Positions 27,887-36,435 of a DNA stretch of 64,000 nt are shown here, piece after piece. The position numbers and the translations under genes were made by a program. Location of the stretch: positions 1,816 through 65,815 of the forward strand of contig CAYUJB010000001.1 in NCBI GenBank assembly GCA_964444955.1, given 5' to 3'. This DNA is from an uncultured Candidatus Saccharibacteria bacterium. GTDB taxonomy: Bacteria > Patescibacteriota > Minisyncoccia > 2-02-FULL-40-12 > GWA2-44-9. Under the pieces are notes generated by a model that saw only the letters and a list, made by a program, of their open reading frames with translations, was not told where the DNA came from and ran no database searches. Numbering within the stretch: position 1 is the stretch's first letter; each line of letters starts with the position of its first letter.

Positions 27887-29843
27887 CGTAGAGAATGCGT
27901 TCTTCGCGGTCGGGCATGTCGTCGAGTTCGAGCTTGTGCCACGAGAGCAATCGCGCAGGTATTTCGTCGAGGAACCGCGAAGGAATGTTCGCGTGCCGCG
28001 ATCCGTAGATGGTACGCCATTTTGCCATGCTCACATAGAGTTTCTCTTTTGCGCGCGTCACTGCCACATAGCAAAGGCGGCGCTCCTCTTCGAGCTCATG
28101 GGGCGCATAGATGGTTCTACTGTGCGGGAAGAGCCCCTCTTCCATACCGGCAATGAACACCACCGGAAACTCAAGCCCTTTTGCCGCATGCATGGTCATG
28201 AGGGTGACCGCCTTATCCCCCACGGCGAGCGTGTCGGTGTCTTGCAAGAGCGCGACTTCTTCAAGGAGCTGTCCCAGTCCCGCCGGCCCGGCGGCGTCGT
28301 ATTTCTTTGCCACGGTGAGTAGTTCACGAACGTTTTCGATGCGCTCCTCGGCGTTGTCTGCTTCGGCATTTTTAGGCGCGCGCAGGTACTCTTCGTACTT
28401 GGTGACTTTGAGAATTTCGCCCAGCAGCTCGCTCGGCTTCCTCTCATGGGCAAGGCGCGACAGGCGCACCAACAGTGCGTGGAGTCCCGACAGCGCCTTA
28501 CCTGCGCGACTAGTAGGCGGATAGTCTTGCGCGAGGATGCCGATGGCTGAGATGCGATCAGGTGCTTCGATGCTTGCTAAGCGATCGACGGTTGCTTTGC
28601 CGATGCCACGCGTTGGTACATTGGCAATGCGCTCGAGACTCACCACGTCAGCGCTGTTATTGAGCAGGCGCGCATAGGCGAGCAGGTCTTTGACTTCGCG
28701 ACGTTCATAGAAACGAATGCCACCTACAATGCGATACGGCACTCCTTCGCGTACGAGTTGTTCTTCAAGCGCGCGACTCTGGGCGTGGGTGCGATAAAGT
28801 ACCGCGACATCCGAGAGCGTGTAGCGTTGTTTTTGGAGTTTGCGAATCGTTTCAATCAGGTGTTGCGCCTCGTGGCGTTCGTTGATGGTCTCGGTAACTG
28901 CGATGAGGTCCCCCTCCGTGTTGTGTGTCCACAGATCTTTGGGGATCTGTGCCTTGTTATTTGAAATAACTGCCTGCGCTGCCGCAAGAATTGTTTTCGT
29001 GGATCGATAATTTTGCTCAAGCAGGATTATTTTACCCTTCGGCCAGTCGCGCTGGAAATTCAGAATGTTGCGAATGTCAGCTTGGCGAAAAAGGTAGATG
29101 GATTGCGCGTCATCGCCGATGCAAAACAGATTGCCGTGCTGCGCGGCCAGCATGCCGATGAGCGTGTACTGGTCGTGGCTGGTATCTTGGTATTCGTCTA
29201 CCAGGAGGTATCGCCACTGATCCTGGTAGCGCGCCAAAACGTCGGGATGCTCGCGAAAGAGTCGCACCGGCAGCATGATAAGGTCGCCAAAATCCACCGA
29301 GTTCATCGATTCGAGCTTCGATTGATAGGAGTGATATACACGAGCGACAATTTTTTCTGTGTAGCTCGAGCCCACATAGTCGTGTGACCGCACCAGTTCG
29401 GTCTTGAGTTTCTGTACTTTACTGAGCATCCCTCCCGGCGTGTGTCGCTTGGGGTCCAGTTCGAGTTCGGCAATCACTCGTCGCATGAGCGCAATCTGAT
29501 CACTTGAATCTATAATGGTGAAATTGGTTCCATAGCCAAGCTTTTCCGCATGACGTCGCATGATGCGCAGTCCCACCGAGTGAAACGTTCCCAGTGTCGG
29601 CTGTGATGTACGCGTGCCCAAAAGCTTGTGCACGCGTTCGCGAATTTCTGCCGCGGCTTTGTTGGTAAACGTGACTGCGAGAATTGATGACGCAGGGATG
29701 CCCGAGGTAATCAGGTGTGCAATGCGATGCGTGAGCGCGCGCGTTTTTCCTGAGCCGGGCCCCGAGATAACCAAAACAGGCCCTTCCGTTGTGGTGACGG
29801 CCTCAATTTGCTTCTCATTGAGACCCTCAAGAATAGAATTCAT
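27879..29843 (-). CDS. pcrA: ATP-dependent DNA helicase, UvrD/PcrA family
   Basis: 654 aa. Superfamily 1 helicase motifs (GPGSGKT, DEYQDT, and motifs III-VI). Confidence 0.85.
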   Translation of the reverse strand: MNSILEGLNEKQIEAVTTTEGPVLVISGPGSGKTRALTHRIAHLITSGIPASSILAVTFTNKAAAEIRERVHKLLGTRTSQPTLGTFHSVGLRIMRRHAEKLGYGTNFTIIDSSDQIALMRRVIAELELDPKRHTPGGMLSKVQKLKTELVRSHDYVGSSYTEKIVARVYHSYQSKLESMNSVDFGDLIMLPVRLFREHPDVLARYQDQWRYLLVDEYQDTSHDQYTLIGMLAAQHGNLFCIGDDAQSIYLFRQADIRNILNFQRDWPKGKIILLEQNYRSTKTILAAAQAVISNNKAQIPKDLWTHNTEGDLIAVTETINERHEAQHLIETIRKLQKQRYTLSDVAVLYRTHAQSRALEEQLVREGVPYRIVGGIRFYERREVKDLLAYARLLNNSADVVSLERIANVPTRGIGKATVDRLASIEAPDRISAIGILAQDYPPTSRAGKALSGLHALLVRLSRLAHERKPSELLGEILKVTKYEEYLRAPKNAEADNAEERIENVRELLTVAKKYDAAGPAGLGQLLEEVALLQDTDTLAVGDKAVTLMTMHAAKGLEFPVVFIAGMEEGLFPHSRTIYAPHELEEERRLCYVAVTRAKEKLYVSMAKWRTIYGSRHANIPSRFLDEIPARLLSWHKLELDDMPDREERILYDD

Positions 29844-29930
29844 ACTGGCGCTGAGTATAGCAGAAAAACGCTTATAACAAAGAAAAAAAGACGAGCATTG
29901 TTGCTCGTCTTGTCGAGGGGGCCGCCTCCC

Positions 29931-30212
29931 TCACCGCCCGCTCACCTTTTCAAGCGTCTGGCGGATCTCGTGCGGATCCTGTGTGGTGCACACCCGAAAG
30001 TTCATCATCATGATTCCGTCATGATAAGCGGGGCCAGCCCACACGAACACGCACGCCGGCTTCTCCATGCTACTCAGATAGGCCTGGACTGCCCTGAACT
30101 GCTTCCAGTTGAGACTGAGCTCGATCATAGTGTTTTTCACGACGGCTCCTTTTTCTCGAGTTGCTGCTGTTGCGTTGTTGGCGCATCCTGAACCGTCAGG
30201 AGTATGGCCCAC
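29931..30212 (-). CDS. small hypothetical ORF (uncertain)
   Basis: 93 aa ORF with no recognisable motif. It borders the ORF-free structured region and could be non-coding. Confidence 0.2.
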   Translation of the reverse strand: MGHTPDGSGCANNATAATREKGAVVKNTMIELSLNWKQFRAVQAYLSSMEKPACVFVWAGPAYHDGIMMMNFRVCTTQDPHEIRQTLEKVSGR

Positions 30213-30683
30213 CCCGCGATTTTATCGAGTAGTGCTACGGTCTCTTTGTCGCCGGTATGCTTTTTGAGTAGCTCCTGAAGGCTCCGCTCAATAATACTCC
30301 AGGCTTCTTTCTGCGTTTCCACGATGCTTCTACTAAATAATTATGAGTTGTAAAGGTGAATCTCTACAAGGTCTCGAGATAGTCTCAAGAGCTTGAGTGA
30401 GTGGGCGATAATTGGTCACAAGGTATCGCCCCTATCCTCGGGTCTGCGTGCGGGATTACTCCCCCACCAGTTGCCAGAACAACTCCTCCGCCTCCTTCTC
30501 CTTCCCTTCTCTGAAGAGTCGGTTGAAGACTGCATCGAAGTTGCGTCTCGCCTCTTCCGGGAGCGAGACCTGGGGCTCCCGGACGACACGTCCGGTAGTC
30601 CAGCTGTACGCACCAACACGCTCGCCGTCAATCTTGACTAGCTCCATGACACCCTCCTTTAGGGTTGCGGGCGAAATGCCCGA

Positions 30684-30737
30684 TTTCTGTTTCGGCCTGC
30701 TGGCCTCATCAGTCGGAGCGAATACTCCGAGACAGAG
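30684..30737. repeat. 54-nt structured element, copy A
   Basis: ttctgtttcggcctgCtggcctcatcagtcggagcgaatactccgagacagaga. Folds as an outer 10-bp stem (ucuguuucgg/ccgagacaga with one G-U pair) enclosing the hairpins GGCC-ugcu-GGCC and CGGAG-cgaaua-CUCCG. Confidence 0.5.
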
Positions 30738-31099
30738 AGGAAGTTTAAAGAGATTCCTCAGCTCGTATTTTCAGGTTTCCGTTGTAGCGGATTCCCGACT
30801 AACATTGCGATGTGGGTATAACGAACCCTCCATCCAACGCTCTTGCATTAGCTTGACTGCAAGAGAGGCGTGCCGAGGGAAAAGCGTCCCCCGACTTTAG
30901 GCCCTTATAAACTAAACAGAAGTTTATAGCCTACCCGTTCGGATTATGAATGACGTATCACTCATAATATGGGCTCTCCTTCGACGGGAATACCCGATGA
31001 TACGTGCCCCAAGCTGGCACGGGATGGAGTCTCTACAAAGACTCCGGTTGATGCGCGTTTCCCTCGCGGCTGGTGTTCGACACCAGCCGCCATCAACTC

Positions 31100-31153
31100 T
31101 TCTGTTTCGGCCTGTTGGCCTCATCAGTCGGAGCGAATACTCCGAGACAGAGA
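31100..31153. repeat. 54-nt structured element, copy B (53/54 identical to copy A)
   Basis: Direct repeat of copy A, 416 bp downstream, with one C/T difference. Both lie inside the 1.85 kb ORF-free region. Confidence 0.5.
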
Positions 31154-32170
31154 CTGTTAAGGGTGGTCATCCCATCGATTTGTTGACTCGGCCGATACCG
31201 AGCATGCATTTTCTGTTCCCAGGACTGCGATGACACCCCGGCGCGCTGCATTTCAGCAGTCGCAGGATTCGTAGGCGGCCCTTCCATAAAGCAGGGTCTC
31301 GGGGGGCTTCCCAGGCATCTTGCGAGAACACTGACTGCCGTTCAAGCCGGGATTGCTGGATCTCACCCAGCAATGCCCCAAGAGATAGTGCCTTCTCGAA
31401 ATCTGCCTCGAGCGGCGGCTACCCCGGATAAGCTCCTCGGAAGACTTCCAGAACTTCGTGCCTGTCCTAGAGGAATACCCTCCGCGCCTACTAGAGTCGT
31501 TGCCCTGGAGACGCACTTCTTCGGTGCTGCCCTTGCGTCGCACAGTCAACTTTCTAGTATAGTATACTGTTGCCATGTCCCCTCCTAGGGAAAATTGTGC
31601 GGGATTATGCCCGCATCGGAGCGTCCAATAACATTAGGCGCTTTGATGTGGGACCCAGTAGGAAAACTGGGTTGGGGAAGTTTTGTGAGATTCCCCAGCT
31701 CACGGAAGTAGAAGATGAGCGTGACCCCCATTGTGGAATAGCAAGTCCTTCTACTGCCAAAGTTTATGTGAGTTCGGGTTTTTTGTCGGACAGCACGACG
31801 GCATGTCGGACTTTTTAACATTTACCGCGTCTCCCACTCGGGGGGACGGTACCATGTTCCCACTGGGCTATGTAATTATCCCCCTCAAACTTTTCAGCGA
31901 GGAAAGACCCGACCATAGCTTGACTCCCATTTTCGAAGGACTTTGACCTCCGCTTAACTTCAGACATGAGTACTCTTGACTACTTCCAAGAGATCATCTA
32001 TGTCCTCCCACGCTCACTTACCAGTATACGCGTGATTCCATTGACAGAGAAGTATTGACGGTTTCTAATATGTTCTAAGTAAAGAAAATGGCTTAGTACA
32101 AGGTGAATTTATCCACTTTTGTATGTCGAAAAAACTTGACAGATTGGTCTGTTTTTGATAAACTACCCCT

Positions 32171-33007
32171 ATGAACGGTGAAAAAGCACTCGATATTCTC
32201 AAGTTATCCAACAACGAACAGCGGGTACTCCAAGCTGTTCAAGAAGGTTTGGGTACCCCGCTGGCTATTTCGCGCAGTTCAGGTGTTTCCCGAACGACCA
32301 TCTACACTGTACTGGAGAGCCTGAAGGAGCGCGGCCTCGTTAAGTCGACGATTCAGGAGGGACGCAAATCGTGGATTGTCGCTCCTGAACAAGCTATCTC
32401 CGAGGCGACTCGGCATGTTCGTCAGGGGCTATTCACTCAATCCCCCGTCGGGAGAGAGGTTGGTGGCGTCACTGCCACTTCGGACGCCGCGGTAGTTGCC
32501 TACCGTGACGCGCGCGACATCAAGGCGCTTCTCCTTAAGATGCTTTCAGAGCATTCACAGGAAAAACTCTACATCCTCCAGGGCGATACTGCGACAATCG
32601 GGTGGGATAAGATATTCAGCGTTGAGGAGACCAATGCTCTCAATGCTATTATCAAAAAAAACGATATCGTCGTGGAAGCATTTTTACCGCCCGGATGGTT
32701 CGAAAAACATTTTGAACTTCTTGGTAAAGAGTGGGCAACAGAGTTTCATGGTCGTGCTACGCGCGCCAACATTATCCCCGCTGAGTACTTCAAACATGGC
32801 GGTCAAGTTTATGTGTTTAAAGATGCAACCTATTTTCTCGCGCTCCACGATGAGCTCGTTGTTGAGATAAAAAATCCCGATATTCAAAAAGTTATCCTCT
32901 CTTTGTTAGAGTTTCTCCAAGAACATTCCCGGCCTATCGATGTGAACGCTACGCTGCGAAAGTTAGCAGGCATTGGGGAGTACAGAACGAATGATGATAC
33001 AATTTAG
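32171..33007 (+). CDS. winged-HTH transcriptional regulator (TrmB/MarR-like N-terminus) with an uncharacterised C-terminal domain
   Basis: N-terminal LSNNEQRVLQAVQEGLGTPLAISRSSGVSRTTIYTVLESLKERGLV is a typical wHTH. 278 aa. Confidence 0.5.
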   Translation: MNGEKALDILKLSNNEQRVLQAVQEGLGTPLAISRSSGVSRTTIYTVLESLKERGLVKSTIQEGRKSWIVAPEQAISEATRHVRQGLFTQSPVGREVGGVTATSDAAVVAYRDARDIKALLLKMLSEHSQEKLYILQGDTATIGWDKIFSVEETNALNAIIKKNDIVVEAFLPPGWFEKHFELLGKEWATEFHGRATRANIIPAEYFKHGGQVYVFKDATYFLALHDELVVEIKNPDIQKVILSLLEFLQEHSRPIDVNATLRKLAGIGEYRTNDDTI

Positions 33008-33012
33008 GAGTT

Positions 33013-33543
33013 ATGAAGTTGTTTGTAACACGACACGGGATAACCAAAGATAATGAGAACGCTATTATTTCGGGGTGGCGCCCCGGAGAATTAAGCGAGG
33101 TCGGCAAAGCGCAGATGGAGCGTGTTGCCATGCAACTTCGGGACGTCCATATCGATGTAATCTACTCGAGCGACCTTGCTCGATGTCGTGACTCTGTGGC
33201 TATCATCAATACGTTTCACAATGCCCCTGTTGAGTATTTAGAGTTGCTTCGGGAGTTGAGCTCGGGCGAATTCGATGGCCGAGTGGCCGCAGATATGCAG
33301 GCAGCACTACGAGAGCATAAAGGTGAACGTGACCTCTTTGAACCTGAGGGTGGTGAGAGTATGGTCGCGTTTCGTGAGCGTGTTTTGCAATTTCGCACGT
33401 TTCTTGCGAGGGAATCAGAAAAGTTCAAGGATAAAACGATTCTTATCTGTTCGCATAGTACTTGGGTTAGAATATTCCTTGAGCTCGACGAAATGGACCC
33501 CATTGCATTAGAGCTGGTCGAGTATATTGATCCACAAAAATAA
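33013..33543 (+). CDS. histidine phosphatase family protein (phosphoglycerate mutase-like)
   Basis: RHG catalytic motif (LFVTRHGITKDN) and a second His region (ICSHSTWVR). 176 aa. Confidence 0.7.
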   Translation: MKLFVTRHGITKDNENAIISGWRPGELSEVGKAQMERVAMQLRDVHIDVIYSSDLARCRDSVAIINTFHNAPVEYLELLRELSSGEFDGRVAADMQAALREHKGERDLFEPEGGESMVAFRERVLQFRTFLARESEKFKDKTILICSHSTWVRIFLELDEMDPIALELVEYIDPQK

Positions 33544-33572
33544 TAGGCATCGCTAGATACAAGAAATACAGC

Positions 33573-33597
33573 AAAAGCCCCTCTCGGGGCTTTTGCT
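33573..33597 (+). terminator. Rho-independent terminator
   Basis: AAAAGCCCC-TCTC-GGGGCTTTTG immediately after the histidine phosphatase gene. A second long hairpin (acacttggccagccactc...gagtggccaagtgt, 33628-33680) follows and abuts the 3' end of the minus-strand tRNA-Ala. Confidence 0.55.
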
Positions 33598-33680
33598 GGC
33601 GGTAGTCCTGCGCGCCTATGCGCTTGAGGACACTTGGCCAGCCACTCTCTTATGAATGCAGAATAAGGAGTGGCCAAGTG

Positions 33681-33751
33681 TGGACCTGGGGAGAATCGAA
33701 CTCCCGCCTCAGCAATGCGAATGCCGTGTAATGCCACTTTACTACAGGCCC
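33681..33751 (-). tRNA. tRNA-Ala (anticodon CGC), CCA not encoded
   Basis: Hand-folded cloverleaf. Acceptor GGGCCUG/CAGGUCC with the G3:U70 Ala identity pair. D-stem GTAA/TTAC. Anticodon stem CGGCA/TGCTG with loop TTCGCAT. T-arm GGGAG-TTCGATT-CTCCC. Confidence 0.8.
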
Positions 33752-33856
33752 GAAACTTCAAGAAAATACCACAAAACTGGCGTTTCTGCTAGTGCGGTAA
33801 GGATTTGGCTCCTGCTGCGTCTTACGTAGTGTAACAACTTCATATATACTCCTCAC

Positions 33857-34459
33857 ATGAACAAACACCTCGTAGCCATCGTAACCCTCGGTGCAGTGAT
33901 GGGCGGTTCGGTAATGCCAGCGCTTGCCAAGGAAGGTTCCGGAATGTCTCGCGCATCATTTAAAGAAGTTCGCCAAGAACGACAGGATCAGCGTGAGATG
34001 AACGGCATTAAGAATCAAGCCAATCGCGACGCACTCCGCACCACCCTCGATGCCAAGCGTGCACAGCAGAGCAAGGATCGCGTCTCGAAGTTTTGGAGCA
34101 AATCGTCCGCACAGCTTCAGAAGTTGATCGATCGTGAAACGAAAATGTCGGCAAAAATTGCCGAGCGCCTCGCGAAGTTCAAGGCAGCCGGCAAGAATAC
34201 GTCCAGCCAAGAGGCATTGCTCGCGACCGCGAACGCATCGATAGCAACTGCGCAAACTGCCCTCACGAATGCACGTGTAACTATCCAGGCGATGATTACC
34301 GCCAATGCGTCACCAGCTGATATTACCGCGAAGACGCGCGAACTCCATAAGGATGTCACCACGAAGATTCGCGCTGCGCACAAGGCGCTTGTCGATGTGA
34401 TTGTTGCTACACGTGGCATGTCTGCAACAGCGACGCCCTCGGTAACCCCTACGCCGTAA
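33857..34459 (+). CDS. secreted all-helical protein (hypothetical)
   Basis: Signal peptide MNKHLVAIVTLGAVMGGSVMPALA, then a Lys/Ala/Gln-rich helical region and a PT tail. Sits upstream of the ECF sigma factor gene. Confidence 0.4.
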   Translation: MNKHLVAIVTLGAVMGGSVMPALAKEGSGMSRASFKEVRQERQDQREMNGIKNQANRDALRTTLDAKRAQQSKDRVSKFWSKSSAQLQKLIDRETKMSAKIAERLAKFKAAGKNTSSQEALLATANASIATAQTALTNARVTIQAMITANASPADITAKTRELHKDVTTKIRAAHKALVDVIVATRGMSATATPSVTPTP

Positions 34460-34465
34460 GCACGT

Positions 34466-34963
34466 ATGACAGAAACTGTGGAAGAGCGGTTCGTATCGGC
34501 CTATGATCAGCATGGCGACGCCATCTTCCGTTTCTGTTACGCACAAACCGGGCGACGTGAGCTTGCGCTCGATCTGACGCAAGACACGTTTGCCCGGGTG
34601 TGGCGCCACCTCGTACAAGGCAAGACAATCACTGATATACGTCCCTTTCTCTATACGACGGCTCGTCACGCCATCATCGACAATGCTCGACGTGGATCAG
34701 CTCAATCGCTGGATGCACTGCGTGAAGAAGGATTTGATGTAGTCGATGAACGTGCAGCTGATCCCCTACTGTCGGCTTCCGCAACTCACGCGCTCCGCGT
34801 GCTCGGCAAACTTGAGCCGATGTATCGCGAAGCAGTCACGCTTCGCTACGTCGACGATCTGATGCCGCGAGAGATTGCTGGGATCACCGGTGAAAACGAA
34901 AACACTATTTCAGTACGCATCACCCGCGGCCTCACACAGCTCAAAGAACTTCTCCACCTATGA
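34466..34963 (+). CDS. ECF-type RNA polymerase sigma-70 factor
   Basis: 165 aa. Sigma region 2 (FRFCYAQTGRRELALDLTQDTFARVW) and region 4 HTH (REAVTLRYVDDLMPREIAGITGENENTISVRITRG). Confidence 0.8.
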   Translation: MTETVEERFVSAYDQHGDAIFRFCYAQTGRRELALDLTQDTFARVWRHLVQGKTITDIRPFLYTTARHAIIDNARRGSAQSLDALREEGFDVVDERAADPLLSASATHALRVLGKLEPMYREAVTLRYVDDLMPREIAGITGENENTISVRITRGLTQLKELLHL

Positions 34964-35481
34964 CAAACCCCGAAAACAATCTAGCTGAACTTCGCACCGT
35001 TGCACTCACCGACAGTGAACGCAGTGCTATGCGCCAGCAACTCCGCGCGTTTACTTCTCCGCATATCGCCTCTCGCGCTCCGTCCTTTTTTGCTCGCCAC
35101 AGCGCCCTGGCATTGGGTATGGCGGTGATACTCATCGGTGGCGTCACAAGCGTCTCGGCAAACTCAGCAAATCCTGGCGATGCACTGTATGGATTTCGTA
35201 CTCACGTGAATGATCGGGTACAAACCGCATTAACTCTTGATGATGAGCGGCGCCTTGATGTTGAGCTCGAGCAAATCCAACGCATGATTGACGGAGAAGA
35301 TTCGTATCGTATGGATGAATTGAGTGTCTCCGCCGACGACGAAACCGATGCCGTCGAAACCGAAGATCGCGAAGATACTCCCGATGAAACCATAGAAGGC
35401 GCGGATGATTTTGATCGTGAGCTCAAAGGTATTGAGCACGATCTCAACGTCGAGTCAGACTCCGGTATCGAGCTGGAATAA
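34960..35481 (+). CDS. putative anti-sigma factor (single TM, acidic C-terminus)
   Basis: Start overlaps the sigma factor stop as ATGA. One TM helix (ALALGMAVILIGGVTSV) and a very acidic extracytoplasmic tail. Assignment is positional inference. Confidence 0.4.
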   Translation: MTNPENNLAELRTVALTDSERSAMRQQLRAFTSPHIASRAPSFFARHSALALGMAVILIGGVTSVSANSANPGDALYGFRTHVNDRVQTALTLDDERRLDVELEQIQRMIDGEDSYRMDELSVSADDETDAVETEDREDTPDETIEGADDFDRELKGIEHDLNVESDSGIELE

Positions 35482-35485
35482 AGGA

Positions 35486-36226
35486 CTATCCTTTTAGGAT
35501 TCCAAGTTTGTTTTCAAGGGATTGTTGAGGATAGAGGTCTGATGGATAAAGCTCGATGAGTGCAATCTTATAAGCTTGGCAGATTTCCTGTTTCTTTTTC
35601 ACTGAGTGATCGTAGCGCGGACTATCTTTCGCGAGACCGAAGTACTCGATGAATGTGTCCCCTACACGCCAATCAGCCCGATGCTTTGTGGTGGGGTAGC
35701 GGGCATCTCTTTCGTGAGGAATGTCATGCTGAGTAAGCCAATTATCTATTAGTGCCTCGGATATGGAATCGCAGATATGTCCATCGCGCGCCTTTGTTTT
35801 TGTTCGGCGATACATCTGACTATCGTGAGAGCGATTTGGTAGGAGACCTACTTCTTGCAGAAGAGCATTCCACGAACCATACTCACGGATTGCAGCGTAC
35901 GAAATACTTCCGAGTTCTCGACGGGAAGGAGTCCTCTTGAGAGTCTCCGAAAGCTTCTTTACTTCATTTATTATTTGCAGGGAAGTGTATTTTTGTTTTC
36001 CGAGTTCTCGACATGCAACTGAACAAAAAATACTCTTCGCGGTCTTACGAAATGTAATCCCGCAGGAGGCGCAAGTCTTTTCAGGCGCGGGTCTTTTGGG
36101 GTAGCGTTTGTTGTTAACGCTAGCTGAACACGAGCGTGAGCAATAATTGTGGAGTGAAATTGCAGAATCGGGACGTAAAAATGTCTTCCCACAGCTCGCA
36201 TTTTCACACGTGAGCATTTGATTCAT
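35486..36226 (-). CDS. zinc-ribbon protein with an uncharacterised C-terminal domain (hypothetical)
   Basis: Three CxxC/CxxxC pairs in the first 75 aa (CENASCGKTF...CSRSC, CASCGITF...CSVAC). The C-terminus has a DSISEALIDNW...ADWRVGDTFIEYFG pattern, possibly nuclease-like. Embedded among tRNA genes. Confidence 0.4.
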   Translation of the reverse strand: MNQMLTCENASCGKTFLRPDSAISLHNYCSRSCSASVNNKRYPKRPAPEKTCASCGITFRKTAKSIFCSVACRELGKQKYTSLQIINEVKKLSETLKRTPSRRELGSISYAAIREYGSWNALLQEVGLLPNRSHDSQMYRRTKTKARDGHICDSISEALIDNWLTQHDIPHERDARYPTTKHRADWRVGDTFIEYFGLAKDSPRYDHSVKKKQEICQAYKIALIELYPSDLYPQQSLENKLGILKG

Positions 36227-36232
36227 AAATTG

Positions 36233-36304
36233 TCAGGCTGCCGGGATTTGAACCCGGAGTCTCACCGACCCGAACGGTGCGTGTTACCGTTACACTACAG
36301 CCTG
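36233..36304 (-). tRNA. tRNA-Pro (anticodon CGG), CCA not encoded
   Basis: Acceptor CAGGCUG/CAGCCUG with C1:G72 as in bacterial tRNA-Pro. D-arm GTGT-AACGGTA-ACAC. Anticodon stem CACCG/CGGTG with loop TTCGGGT (G37). T-arm CCGGG-TTCAAAT-CCCGG. Confidence 0.8.
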
Positions 36305-36435
36305 TTGTATCTGCACAGTATACTGCATTTTACTTGATATTACTAGCATTCTAAGCTCCAGCAGCGCGAGCGCGATTATAAAAAAAACCGAGCACTTCAG
36401 TGCTCGGTTTGGCGTTACTAATTTCTTCCGTCCAG

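Noticed and set aside
30684-31153. CRISPR array interpretation of the 54-bp repeats
   Set aside because: There are only two copies, with one 362-bp interval that is far longer than a spacer, and no cas genes. The element is a structured repeat, not CRISPR.
30323-32170. tmRNA, RNase P RNA or SRP RNA in the ORF-free region
   Set aside because: There is no tRNA-like 3' end (GGTTCGANTCC…CCACCA). No GGAAAGUCCGGGC / ACAGAANCCGGCUUA pair exists; only a loose GAGGAAAGaCCcG resemblance at 31879, and it lacks the partner strand. There is no SRP domain IV motif. Identity is left open.
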